DNA of 64,000 nucleotides from the NCBI GenBank assembly GCA_028534125.1, contig CM052816.1, positions 46,254,001-46,318,000 on the forward strand. Reading direction: 5' to 3'. The position numbers were made by a program, and so were the translations under genes. This stretch comes from Lama glama. Its lineage: Eukaryota. Positions 53,196 through 64,000 of this stretch are shown here, piece after piece (within the stretch, counting starts at the first letter, position 1; each line of letters starts with the position of its first letter). Under the pieces are notes generated by a model that was given only the letters and a program-made list of their open reading frames with translations, was not told the origin of the DNA and searched no databases.

Positions 53196-56100
53196 AAAAC
53201 AATAGAAAAGTTCAAAAAAACCAAGAGCTGGTTTCTTTCTTGAAAAGATAAAGAAATGAAAAAAGAGTAGTAACAATCAATACCACAGAAATAAAAAAAA
53301 ATCATGAGAATACTATGAACAGTTTTATGCCAACAAGTTGGGCAATCAGGAAGAAATGGACAAGTTTGTAGAAACGTACAACCTGCCAAAACTGAATCAA
53401 GAAGAAACAGATAGTTTGAACAGACCAATCATTAGAAGTGAAATAAAATTTGTAATATAATATTCCCTGCAAACAAACGTCCAGGACCAGATGACCTTAC
53501 TGAGGAAATCTACCAAACATACAAAGAACTTATACCTATACTTCTCAAACTATTTCAAAAGTTTGAAGAGGAGGGAATACTCCCAAATTCATTCTGCAAA
53601 GCCACCATCGCCCTGATAGCAAAACCAGACAAAGAAACCACAAAAAAACAAAGTTACAGGCCAATAACTTTGATGGACACAGACGCAAAACTCAACAAAA
53701 TATTAGCAAACTGAATCCAACAATACATAAAAAGGACCATACACAATGATCAAGTTGGAGTCATTCCAGGGTTGCAAGGATAGTTCAACATACTCAAATC
53801 AGTCAAGGTGATACATACCACAGTTACAAAATGAAAGACAAAAACTACATGATTATGTCAATAGACTCAAGGAAGACAAATGATAAAATTCAACATCCAT
53901 TCATGATAAAAACTCTTGTCAAAGTAGGTAAGAGGGAATATACCTCAACATAATAAAAGCTATTCACAACAAACCTACAGCCAACATAATATTTAATGGT
54001 GAAAAGCTGAAAGCCTTCCTGCTAAATTCTGGACCAAAACAAGGATGCCCACTCTCACCACTTCTATTCAACATAGTATTGGAAGTCCTAGCCCTAGTAA
54101 TCAGACAAGAAAAAGAAATAAAAGGTATCCAAATTGGAAGAGAAGGGGCAAACCCATCACTATTTGCAGATGACATGATACTCCATGTATAGAGCCCTAA
54201 AGACTCCACACAAATCTATTAGAACTACTAAATAAAATCAGCGAGGTAGCAGGAGCCAAGATTAATATACAGAAATCTGTTGCACTTCTTTACACTAACA
54301 ATGAAGTATCAGAAAGATAAAGTTTAGAAATCCCATTTAAAATCACATCAAAAAAGTAAAATACCTACAAATAAATTTAACCAAGGATGTGAAAGACCTT
54401 TATGCTGAAAACTATAAAAAACTGATAAATACAGTATAATTCAAAGAAATGGGAAGATTCCCATCCTCTTGGATTAGAATTGATACTGTTAAAACGGCCA
54501 TACTACCAAAAGCAACCTAGAGATTTAATGCAATCCCTATCAAATTACCTATGATAATTGTCACAGAATGAGAATACTACTAAAATTTATATAGAACAAC
54601 AAAAGACCCAGAATTGCCAGAGCAATCCTGAGGAAAAAGAACAAAGCATAACTTTCCAGACTTCAGATAATACTACAAAGCAAAAGTAATTTAAACAGCA
54701 AGGTACTGGCCCAAAAACATATGGATCAATGAAACAGATCAGAGAGCCCAGAAATAAACCCATACACCTATGGTTATTAATTTTAATGAAGGAGGCAAGA
54801 ATATGTTAAATAGGTTTGAAAGTGAAAACCAAGTTTTGTGAATTCTGGGTCATCTTTTTGAGCTCACTTTTCAGTTAGATGAGATCATCAAAATATCTAT
54901 GTGTTTTTATAATACTGTCATTCAATATTTGCATACATGAATCTTTGAAGATTTTCAAAGGAAAAGTAGTGATATATTTGCTATTGAGGAAAGACAAACT
55001 AAGTCTCATGACAATTACATTATTTTGTGATGTTTTTGATGTGCCTTATAAAAGTAGTCAAAATGCTTAGCTTTGTCACTAAAGTATAGCATGAATCAAT
55101 CCATGTGAGTTAAATGGTATTTGATTAAACAACAGCCTGAATAAAATGAGCATTGATAATTTTTAAAAAAGAATATACAACAGAAAAAAGATCATCACTT
55201 CAGCAAGTTGTGTTGTGAAAGCTCTACAGCCTCATGTAAATCAATGAAATTAGAATATTCTCTCACACCATACAAAAAAAGTAAACTCAAAATGATTTAA
55301 AGACCTAAATATAAGACATGACACCATAAAACTCCTAGAAGAGAACATAGGCAGAACACTCTTGGACATAAATTGTAGCAATATTTTCTTAGTTAATTCT
55401 CTCAAGAGAAAAGAAATGAAAGCAAAAATAAACAAATGAGTAACAAAGTTTTTGCACAGCAAAGGAAACAATCAACACAATGCAAAGACAGCCTATGGAC
55501 TGGGAGAAAATATTTGTAAATGATGTGATTAAGATCTAAAATATGTAAACTCATACAACTCAATATCAAAAAAACAAACAACTCTATCAGAAAATGGGCA
55601 GAAGACCTAAATAGATATCTCTTCAAAGACGTACAGATGGCCAATGGGCACATGAAAGGATGCCCCAACTGTTAATTACTAGAGAAATGCAGATCAAACC
55701 CACAATGAGGTTATCACCTCACACTGATCAAAATGGCTATCATCAAAAAAATCTACAAATAATAAATGCTAAATAGGGTGGGGAGAAAAGTGAAGCCTAG
55801 TACATTGTTGGTGGGAATGTAAATTGATGCAGCCAGTATGGAAAACAGTATAGAGGCTCCTTGAAAAACTGAAAATAGAGCAACTATATGTTCCTGCAAT
55901 TCCACTCTTGGGTGTATATCCAGAAAAGATCAAAATTCTAATTTGAAAAGATACATGCACCCCAGTGTTTATAGCTTCACTACTTACAATAGCCAAGACA
56001 TGGAAACAACATAAGTGCCCATCAACAGATGAGTGATTTAAGAGTATGTGGCTGGCACATACACACACACACACGCACACACACATAAACACAATGGGCT

Positions 56101-56554
56101 ATTACTCAGCCATAAAAAAGAAAGAAAAATTGCCATTGGCAGCAATACAGATGGACCTAGAGATTATCATACTAAGTGAAGTAAGTCAGACAGAGAAAGA
56201 CAATTATATGTTGTCATTTATATATGTGGAATGTAAAAAATAATACAAATGAATTTATATATAAAAAAGAGACTCACAGACATAGGGAAAAAATCTGTGG
56301 TTACCAAAGGGGAAAGAGAGGGGGGAGGGACAAATTAAGAGTATGAGATTAACAGACACAAACTACTATACATAAAATAGATAAGCAACAAGGATTTACT
56401 GTCTAACACAGGGAAATATATTCGATATCTTAAATAACCTATAATGGAAAATAACCTGAAAAAATATATATGTAACTGAATCACTTTGCTGTATATCTGA
56501 AACTAACAAAATATTATAAATCAACTATACTTCAATTTAAAAAAAGATTAAAAA
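53196..56554 (+). mobile_element. L1 ORF2 (RT domain, disrupted), 3' UTR and A-tail, with a 364-bp foreign insert
   Basis: [17 protein letters not shown] near 54040 and LFADDMI (FADD at 54163-54174); ends tcaactatacttcaatttaaaaaaa. Confidence 0.95.
54805..55168 (+). pseudogene. Candidate retroposed non-repeat transcript 3' end or orphan transduction
   Basis: Flanked by AAGAATAT (54797-54804, 55169-55176). AATAAA at 55140-55145, then a short A-run at 55165-55170. The L1 is collinear across the insert. Confidence 0.65.
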
Positions 56555-56904
56555 AAAGATTACGATTACTTTTTTGGTTTACTGAATGAAATTTGTTTAT
56601 ATTATCAGGAGATCAATAAATAGAAAGCAACTGATGAATTAGAAGAATCATTATAATAAAAAAAATAACCTGATGTTATTGCTAAGCTTGGCAACATAAA
56701 GTGAAGTTCTGCTTAGAGGAAATTATCAGAGTATGTTAAAAGTCTTTGCATGCTTTAGAAATAAAACATTTATGTCTGAAACAAAGGAGTTCATTAAAGT
56801 GGCAAATGTCATTCACTGTAAAATGAGAAGTTAAAACATTCCCCAGCTCTGCTTCTGAGGAGCAAAAAAATCTCTAGAGTCAGATGGTTCAGAATAAAAT
56901 TCTT

Positions 56905-56955
56905 TTTTTTTTTAACATTTTTTTATTGATTTATAATAATTTTACAGTGTTGTGT
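56905..56955 (-). mobile_element. 51-bp L1 3'-terminal stub
   Basis: Poly-T plus aacatttttttattgatttataataattttacagtgttgtgt, between perfect 14-bp direct repeats AGAATAAAATTCTT (56891-56904, 56956-56969). Confidence 0.85.
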
Positions 56956-56969
56956 AGAATAAAATTCTT

Positions 56970-57145
56970 GCTCTAACTCATTCTGTTTTTAGAATCCTGA
57001 GCAAGTTACTTAGCTTCTCTAAATCTCGGATATTTATCTATAAAAAAAGGAAATAATAAGGTAATTTACTTCAGAGTTGCTATGAGGATAAAACAATATA
57101 AGACTTAATGCTTCTTCCCTAGTCCTCAATAAAAGCTATTATTAT
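56970..57145 (+). mobile_element. MIR SINE
   Basis: cctgagcaagttacttagcttctctaaatctc...tacttcagagttgctatgaggataaa. Confidence 0.8.
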
Positions 57146-57563
57146 CACTAAACAAGTTATCCAATACAGCTCAGTATTTTATCAAAAAGGGAAAATAAAT
57201 CTTTTAGTGGCAAAGACATCTCTGGGGATATGTCTGAGTCACCTCAGGCAAGGTGGGGTGGTGGTTTCTACTTTTTTTTTTATTTATTTCCTTATGGATT
57301 AAGGTATATATAGTTTCCATAATTCTCTCAATTAGAAGGATACCAATCCAGTGAAGTTTGTTTATATCCATTCATACTATTCTCTATAATGCCTGTTAAT
57401 TCCCTATTTTTTTCCACTCATTTATTCAGTTGACATTAACTGAGGCTACTGAATGCCAGGCACCATGCTAGGCACTGCGAATAAAAAGATTAATGAAGAT
57501 ACAGCTCCTGTCTTGAAGGACACCCAATCTTTAGCAAAAAGATAAACAACGACATCAAAATTT

Positions 57564-57983
57564 CAGTGGTATGCTGGAGCCATTTATCTGCTCATGAGAA
57601 CTCATTGCTGTAACTCCAGGAATTTTATAAGCTGGTTGTTGAACAGTCTCATTACTAAAAAATTTAATTATATAAATTTACAATTAAATAAATTATATTA
57701 AAACAAAGTTAATAAATATTCAAAACTCATTACTTTATTGTTTTACTACATTTTACTGATCTATGCATTTGAGTTTATTTATACCTATTATTTCTATATG
57801 CTGGAAATCTCATAATTTTGTGTTACTCTACATCTTTTCCCAATTCCATGTTTCATTATTAACATGTTGGTCACTTGAAATCAGCTATGGTAAAGTACTA
57901 ACACCATGGAAATTGGCAAATATTACAAATTAGGACTCCTTTCCCCTAGACTTACATTTGTTAAACACTTGCCAGCACAACGA
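57564..57983 (+). mobile_element. MER63-type hAT-Blackjack transposon within an antisense L2 (about 57415-58130)
   Basis: TIR-like cagtggtatgctgg ... ccagcacaacga; internal acaccatggaaattggcaaa and tgttaaacac. Confidence 0.8.
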
Positions 57984-58187
57984 TTCATCTAATTGTAATG
58001 CACTGTGATATGTACTATCAGAGAGAGATGTATAAGATGCCATAGGAATACAAATGAATTGATCAATGAACCACTGACCAGAGAAATTAAGGAAGCCTTA
58101 GTAGAGAAGGAATATTTAAATTGATTAAATTTAGAAAGCACTTGGGTCTTTAACAACCCTGAGGAATAAAGAGGATCTTCTGAAAAC

Positions 58188-58585
58188 TGTGACAGACTAT
58201 TATCATTGTTCCCAGATATTCCCTCCTCCTTCCTGTTTTACATCACGGTCTATTGCCTTTAAACTTGGCCTTGTGAACTGATTTTGCCAATGGCACGTCA
58301 GTGAACACAAAGTAAGCCACCTTCATCAGAAGTTTTTAAGAGCCCTTGTATGTGCTTGCCAACTAACTCTCTTGCTCTTACCTTTGCCTGAAAAATATAA
58401 TGATTGATCTAAGGGCAGGTCTTTCATCCTGGGTGCTAGAATGAGAAGACATGTAAAGTGGAGATGCAGCCACTAACTTCAGCGACTGTAAATAGCAGCA
58501 GCTGGAATGTTAATGTGAGTAAGAAATAAATCATTGTTATTGTAAGCTGTTGATATTACAGAGACATTTACTGCCTTAGCATAAT
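58188..58585 (+). mobile_element. Old MLT1 (I/J-like) LTR
   Basis: tgtgacagact...ttttgccaatggcacgtcagtg...gtgagtaagaaataaatcattgttattgtaagctg. Confidence 0.75.
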
Positions 58586-58899
58586 ATATTGAAATGTGTT
58601 ACATTTAAGGTTGGATTTAACATTGGCACCTTCTTGCTTACTTGCCATTGCCAGAGAACCTTTCTTGTAAGCAAAATTAATCTGTGATATACCCCAAATG
58701 CTTTCAAAACATGCTAAGATACTACTTCCACAAATCTTGTGATGGCACAAAGAACCTGGGTGACTTGGTGTAGTCACCTTTCAGAGCAGGAAACTGCAGA
58801 AAATAAATGAAGATGGAGAATCTAGAATCACATTACATATATTACAATTTTTGCTCAAAGCCAACACTGAATAAAACCAAAACTTGCATGTATCATTAA

Positions 58900-59265
58900 A
58901 GAGTTAGAACTTGCAGGAACCTACATAATCTTACTACCCAGCCCCTTAGATTCACCGCTTGTGAGACTAAGGCTCAAGTATGTTGAAAGGTTTGCAAAAG
59001 AAGTGAGCTAAGAAGCTGGAATACAGCTCAGGTCTCCTAATTTACAGTATTTTCTATCTTCTGTGTAATAGCTATTATCATTATTGGTACTAACATCTAG
59101 TCCATATTTACTATGAACAACACTAAATTTTTATTCTATTCAATTCAGTTAATTCATGTAATCCTCACCAATCAAAAAAACCTATGAGGTAAATATAATT
59201 AACATTTATTTTTAAAAAATAATACTCAAGTTAAATAACTTTACCCATGATCACATAGATTTCGC
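58900..59265 (-). mobile_element. Two degenerate MIR fragments
   Basis: gagactaaggctcaag...aggtttgc, and cctatgaggtaaatataatta...gttaaataactttacccatgatcacatag. Confidence 0.55.
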
Positions 59266-61929
59266 AGCCTCACACTTCATCACTGGGCCAGTCTGCCTCA
59301 CTCATACTGCTCCATGAGGTGCAAGATGTTCAAACTGTTACCAGAAAGAACATTCTTTTCATTCTGAGAGTCAACATGTCATTTTTTCCTATAAAGATCA
59401 CAATGTGGTTTTAATATGAATTAAATGATTGTGAGAGATGCATCACCTTTCAAATTACTACCTGCTCTAATCAAAGCCATCTACTCAAAAGACAACTCTT
59501 GTCGTGAAGGGTATTTCATTTGTATTGTTTTGTTGCTTTGACTCAAGATGTTCTCAAGACTACTGGAAATTAGACAAGTAACTTGCTGAAGACTTGTAAT
59601 ATAACTATTATAATACCTGTCTGGGAAGGGATCAGTTTTTTGAAAGAGAACTACCACCTTCAAACCCCATGTTATCAAAGAAATACATGTGTGTTCAATA
59701 GATAGAAGTGTTTCCCATTTTCTTGGTTAAGTCAACTAAAATTTCTCTCCTTTAATGTCCAGAATTTTTTAAAAACTGTGAGGATTGCTTTATGTAACTT
59801 GTGAAGTTAACTAGATACAAGCTGAGAATATTTTGACATTGAAGAATACTCAATACTCACGAAGTTTTTCACTTTCAGAAGAAGCTTAACAGCAGAGGGA
59901 ATTCCTTAGGTTTCTTTACAGTTTCCTTTCTCCAATTCACTTTGCATGTTGAGGACATGGTTTTATAACAGAATTCCACAGCTCAGAAGCTAATCTGCAA
60001 GCTTATGGAGTTACCTGATGGAATTATTCTCTGTATTACTCTGTTGCTACAGTCCTTCCTTGGCTTCCCATCTTTGGGACCAAACTGCCAAGGATATTCA
60101 ATGGAACTGGCCATACTGAGCAGCAGTCTAGTGACCTGCTAGAAGGCATCCTGGTGCATCCCATCTATTCAAAGAGCTCTCAAGTGTACTAACCCATGTG
60201 GCCATCAAAATGTAGGTATTCCTCTAAAGAAGAACTGAATCCACCATGATCTTTTACTTGCCTTCAGGAACATTGAAGCACAGTGAACTTGGGGGAATTG
60301 TTCCAGGACACCCAGAAAAGTATGGCAACCAGAAAAGTTAGAACCTAATGTATTTTCTTATCAAGAGAATAAGCCGTTTCACTAGCTATCCTTTTCTCTT
60401 TGGTTTAGCTTCTCTTAGCATTTCCCTTGCTTCCTCATCCACCAAAGATTCTGATCCCCATATGACCTACATTTATATCAGGTAAAATCTCGTGATTATT
60501 TGGTATTCAATGAAGTGAAAAACGAATAAGAACAGAATTTTTATGAGTTTTCCAGAACTACTTTTTATTTTAGATGAAAATTCATTTTATACAGGAGTTA
60601 TTTCTATCTTTGAGATTTGCCACCTGATAATGAACAGAAATTGAGAGTTTACTTATATTAGTACTAGAATTCACTCATTGAGCTTTAATACAAAGAGGCA
60701 TAAAATTAGAAATTGTACTAAAGAAAGAAAATCCCATAAATGATAGAGCAACTTGTCCTGATGATTAAATTTACTTAGACTTTAGGTTTAGAAAACTATT
60801 TTTAATATCTCTGCTTTAGAATTTGGTCTAGTACAATATGTTAGTTTGTTTCTTTATAAGCTTACATCTTTCTCAATCATATTTTATATACATATATAGC
60901 ATATATATGAAAGTGTATTTTATTTTTTATGAAAGTGTACTTTATTTTTTATTCAATTGTTACTTTAGCAGTGTCTGCAATTAAGAACCAGCTCACTAAA
61001 TGAACTGTAATTATTGCAAATTGTGGTAAGCACCAGTAATTAAAATGTTGCAGTAATGCTAGCCAGCTTTGCTAGATGCCCTTTGAGAGTAGCATAAAAT
61101 GATATTATGTCTTTAACTGGTGTTTGTATTACAGATGAGAAAACCTGGAAATGCAGGCCTTCAGAATCCTTTGGCTCAGTCTTTAGAGCATAATGTAAAG
61201 TGGGGATTAGCCGTTATCCAGTGAATTCAAACTGGGAAGATAGTCAATTTGGTTAATTCCACAGTGAAAGTGGCTTTTTCTTTAAAATGTGCAATCTTTA
61301 GGGCATAAACATACGTGGCTTCCCCACGAGGGGAAAATGAACAATAAACTCTAATCTCTTCTTTGTGTTTGTGGGATGCTAATAGTGAGCCTTCTGGGTA
61401 CAAAAGCAAGACAGAACTCCTTCAACACCCACCCATCTTTTGAGGATCCTCACCCAGCTGCTACCCGCAGTGAACTCTCCAGCTGTGCAGTCATTTGGCA
61501 GAGTGCACTGTCATGCATAACTTAAGCTATGTGTGTGTGTGACTCCAGTACAATTGGTGAATACAGATTGTCCACATGAAAACCCTCTAACTTACTGCAA
61601 ATGAAAAACAACTGATCAATGGTTTTTGGGTCATGAGAATGACCTAAATGTCAGTTTTTGTATTGACTGAATCCATCCATCAACATATTAATTTGCTTCC
61701 TTTCCAGCTTCACTTAGGTGACTTGAAAAATGACATCTGATTATGAAAAAGTGTGTGACTTAGAGAAAGATGTGGTAATACGGGTGAAAATGTAAAGAAC
61801 TATATATCTTTCTAAAAACAGTGATAATGAATAGGTACTATGTCCATAAGATTTAAGTACAACAAACCTCTGTAAGGTCCTCAGAGACCACAGACGCTTG
61901 GAAGAAGGGGAGGAGCTGTCTGTTACAAC

Positions 61930-63425
61930 GTGAATGACAGACATCTGCCACGCTATGATCCTGAAAGTCATCTGGTCTCCAAAAACATTCCAACTGCAAG
62001 ACCCAATGGACAGACCTCCTTGTCCTGGCTATGACAGCTTATCGGGTATTGTGGAATAGTTCTCCTGCAATAAACAACTGTGAATCTAGGCAAAAAGTAA
62101 AAATCAACTGATTTCAGACTTTGTATAACAGACAGTACAGGGATTTGGATCCTTGAGGAAAGGTAAACACACAGATTTACTCCATTATTCTGCTTAGGGA
62201 CGTTTCAAATTGTAGCACAGGGAACTAGAGTCCAAACAGAGAGAACTGGTCTGTCCAATGAGAGGCAAGAGAGGACAGGTTCAAGGCTGTGACATGGCCA
62301 GAATTTGGAGAGCAGGGTATCAGAAAGCAGGGAGCAGCACAGACAAGGAGCCCCAGGAATCTGCACAGGGATCCCCTTCCATCTTTGGCTAAATAATAAG
62401 CTGCACACACGCAGAGTAAAACTCCACAAGGCCTGGAAAACCGTAGTTACTAAGGGACAATGAGGAGCATGGAGACTGTAGAGTGTACTTGGTACTGGAA
62501 TACACTGGAGACCTGAGAGAGGAGAGAGGAGACAGCCAGAGTAGAGACATCTCTCTGAAAAACCCAGTCATCCAGCTGAAATCTTAGAGAGGCCATACCT
62601 TAAGAATAGGACAAGTCTAGCCCTAAAGTGAGAGCTACTCTAGAACTATTTAAACAAAGCCTAAATCTAAGCCTCTGCAGAATTAAGCTGAGCCACCAGC
62701 AAATGAACAGCCTGCTAGAACAAATCTCAACATTTTTTAAAGACAGAATAATGTAGGCTTCAAGTACCATAGTAGTCACAACGCCCAAATTCAATCAGAA
62801 TTTACTGGATATTCAAAGACAACTTTTAAAAAATGACTCACAACCAAGAAAATTAGACTGAACAGAAATAAACCCAGATGTGACACACATGTTGGAATTA
62901 GCCCAGTGACTTTAAAGCAGTTAATATATATATTTCACGAATTTAAATACAAAGGTAATGTGTGAAAAGATGGAAATATATTCCTCAACAGAGCAATATA
63001 AACTATGAAAAGAAAAAGCAATAGAAATCTTAAAACTGAAAATGATATAATTTAAATAAACATCCCAAATTCACAAAGCTTAACAGCAGATTGCACATTT
63101 TATCAGTTAATAAAAACTAAATTGGAGCACAGAGAGAAATTTACTGACTTATGACACAGTATCAAGTGGTCTTACATTCATATGATAAGATCAGAGATAG
63201 GAAATGGCAAAAGAAACCCGTGGAGGAAAAAAAATCCAAGCAGCAGTTACCTCTTTGTGGGAGGAATTAGCTGCAAAAGGACAGGAGGGAACATTTTGAG
63301 AAGGAAATGTCCCATATTTTGATAAGTATGTGGGCCATGGAGTTGTATTTCTCAAATCTCACTGAACTATATTCTTATGGTCTGTGTTTTTCACTGTTTG
63401 TAAATTATACTTTTAATAAAAAAGG
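61930..63425 (+). mobile_element. Ancient L1M remnants (5' region, ORF1 traces, L1ME-type 3' end)
   Basis: cagatgtgacacacatgttggaattag...gactttaaagcagtta (ORF1 start region); 3' end cagttacctctttg...ttcactgtttgtaaattatacttttaataaaaaa. Confidence 0.7.
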
Positions 63426-64000
63426 GGACAATGACCAATTAGTATTGTAAGCACCAAAATACTGGCAATCCCCTTATTATCCACGAAATCGTGTTTACCT
63501 CTAGCTCTCAGTGTGACAAATTGTTAGTTTCATCTCCTCTCTCTATAATTTTTTAAAGTCTCTTAGTGATCCTTTTCTTCACTCCCTTGTTAAATATTCA
63601 TATTTCTAAGTTTCTGTCTTTGGCCCTCTTTTATTCCAATTGCATACATCCTTTCAGTATCTAGGATATGATTAGTATAGTGCAAGCATTCCGTTCTGGC
63701 TGGCTGGCTGGGTAGCTAGCTAAATAATGAGTACTCTTCTGTTTTTATTCATTTGATTTATATGTCAGCAACTCCTCCAGGTGCTAAAGATGCAATTGTG
63801 AACACAACCAAAAAAAAAATTTGTTTCTAGTGTTCACATTCTATTTATAGTAAAGTTTGGGTTCAACTACCAAGTTCAAGCATACCTACCTCCAATTTTG
63901 CCTTCTAAGTCACTGCCAGAGTAATATGAAGATCTGTATCTGATTTGTTACTCCTATATAAAATCTTTTTGATATTTAATGTTCATAAGTTTATGTATAC

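Noticed and set aside
1..64000. Novel prokaryotic-type system (CRISPR array, defence or RT operon)
   Set aside because: The sequence is mammalian. There are no operon-like ORFs or repeat-spacer arrays, and the only RT motif belongs to a decayed L1.

Overview
Mammalian genomic DNA, AT-rich and CpG-poor, almost certainly from a camelid: a tRNA-derived Vic-1-type SINE lies at 27332-27484. The window is intronic or intergenic and dominated by transposon relics: old and younger L1, L2, MIR, MaLR/ERVL/ERV1 LTRs, and Tigger and hAT DNA transposons. I recognise no intact protein-coding gene, RNA gene, CRISPR array or prokaryotic system. The ORF-track hits are decayed L1 ORF2 pieces, their antisense frames, or chance ORFs. 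Points worth a second look: (1) an apparently repeat-free island at about 29.9-37.0 kb with a CpG micro-cluster and CTCF/YY1 motif, an NF-Y box, and minus-strand candidate exons (a three-exon open frame, a Kozak-ATG exon and a 12-nt microexon) that I cannot assign to a gene; (2) a 364-bp non-repeat polyadenylated insert with a TSD inside an L1; (3) two composite L1 structures; (4) a 51-bp L1 stub with a perfect 14-bp TSD; (5) a young ERV1-type solo LTR; (6) an old ~230-bp local duplication. I found no supportable novel biological system. Repeat subfamily names come from recalled consensus sequences, and boundaries of old repeats are approximate.
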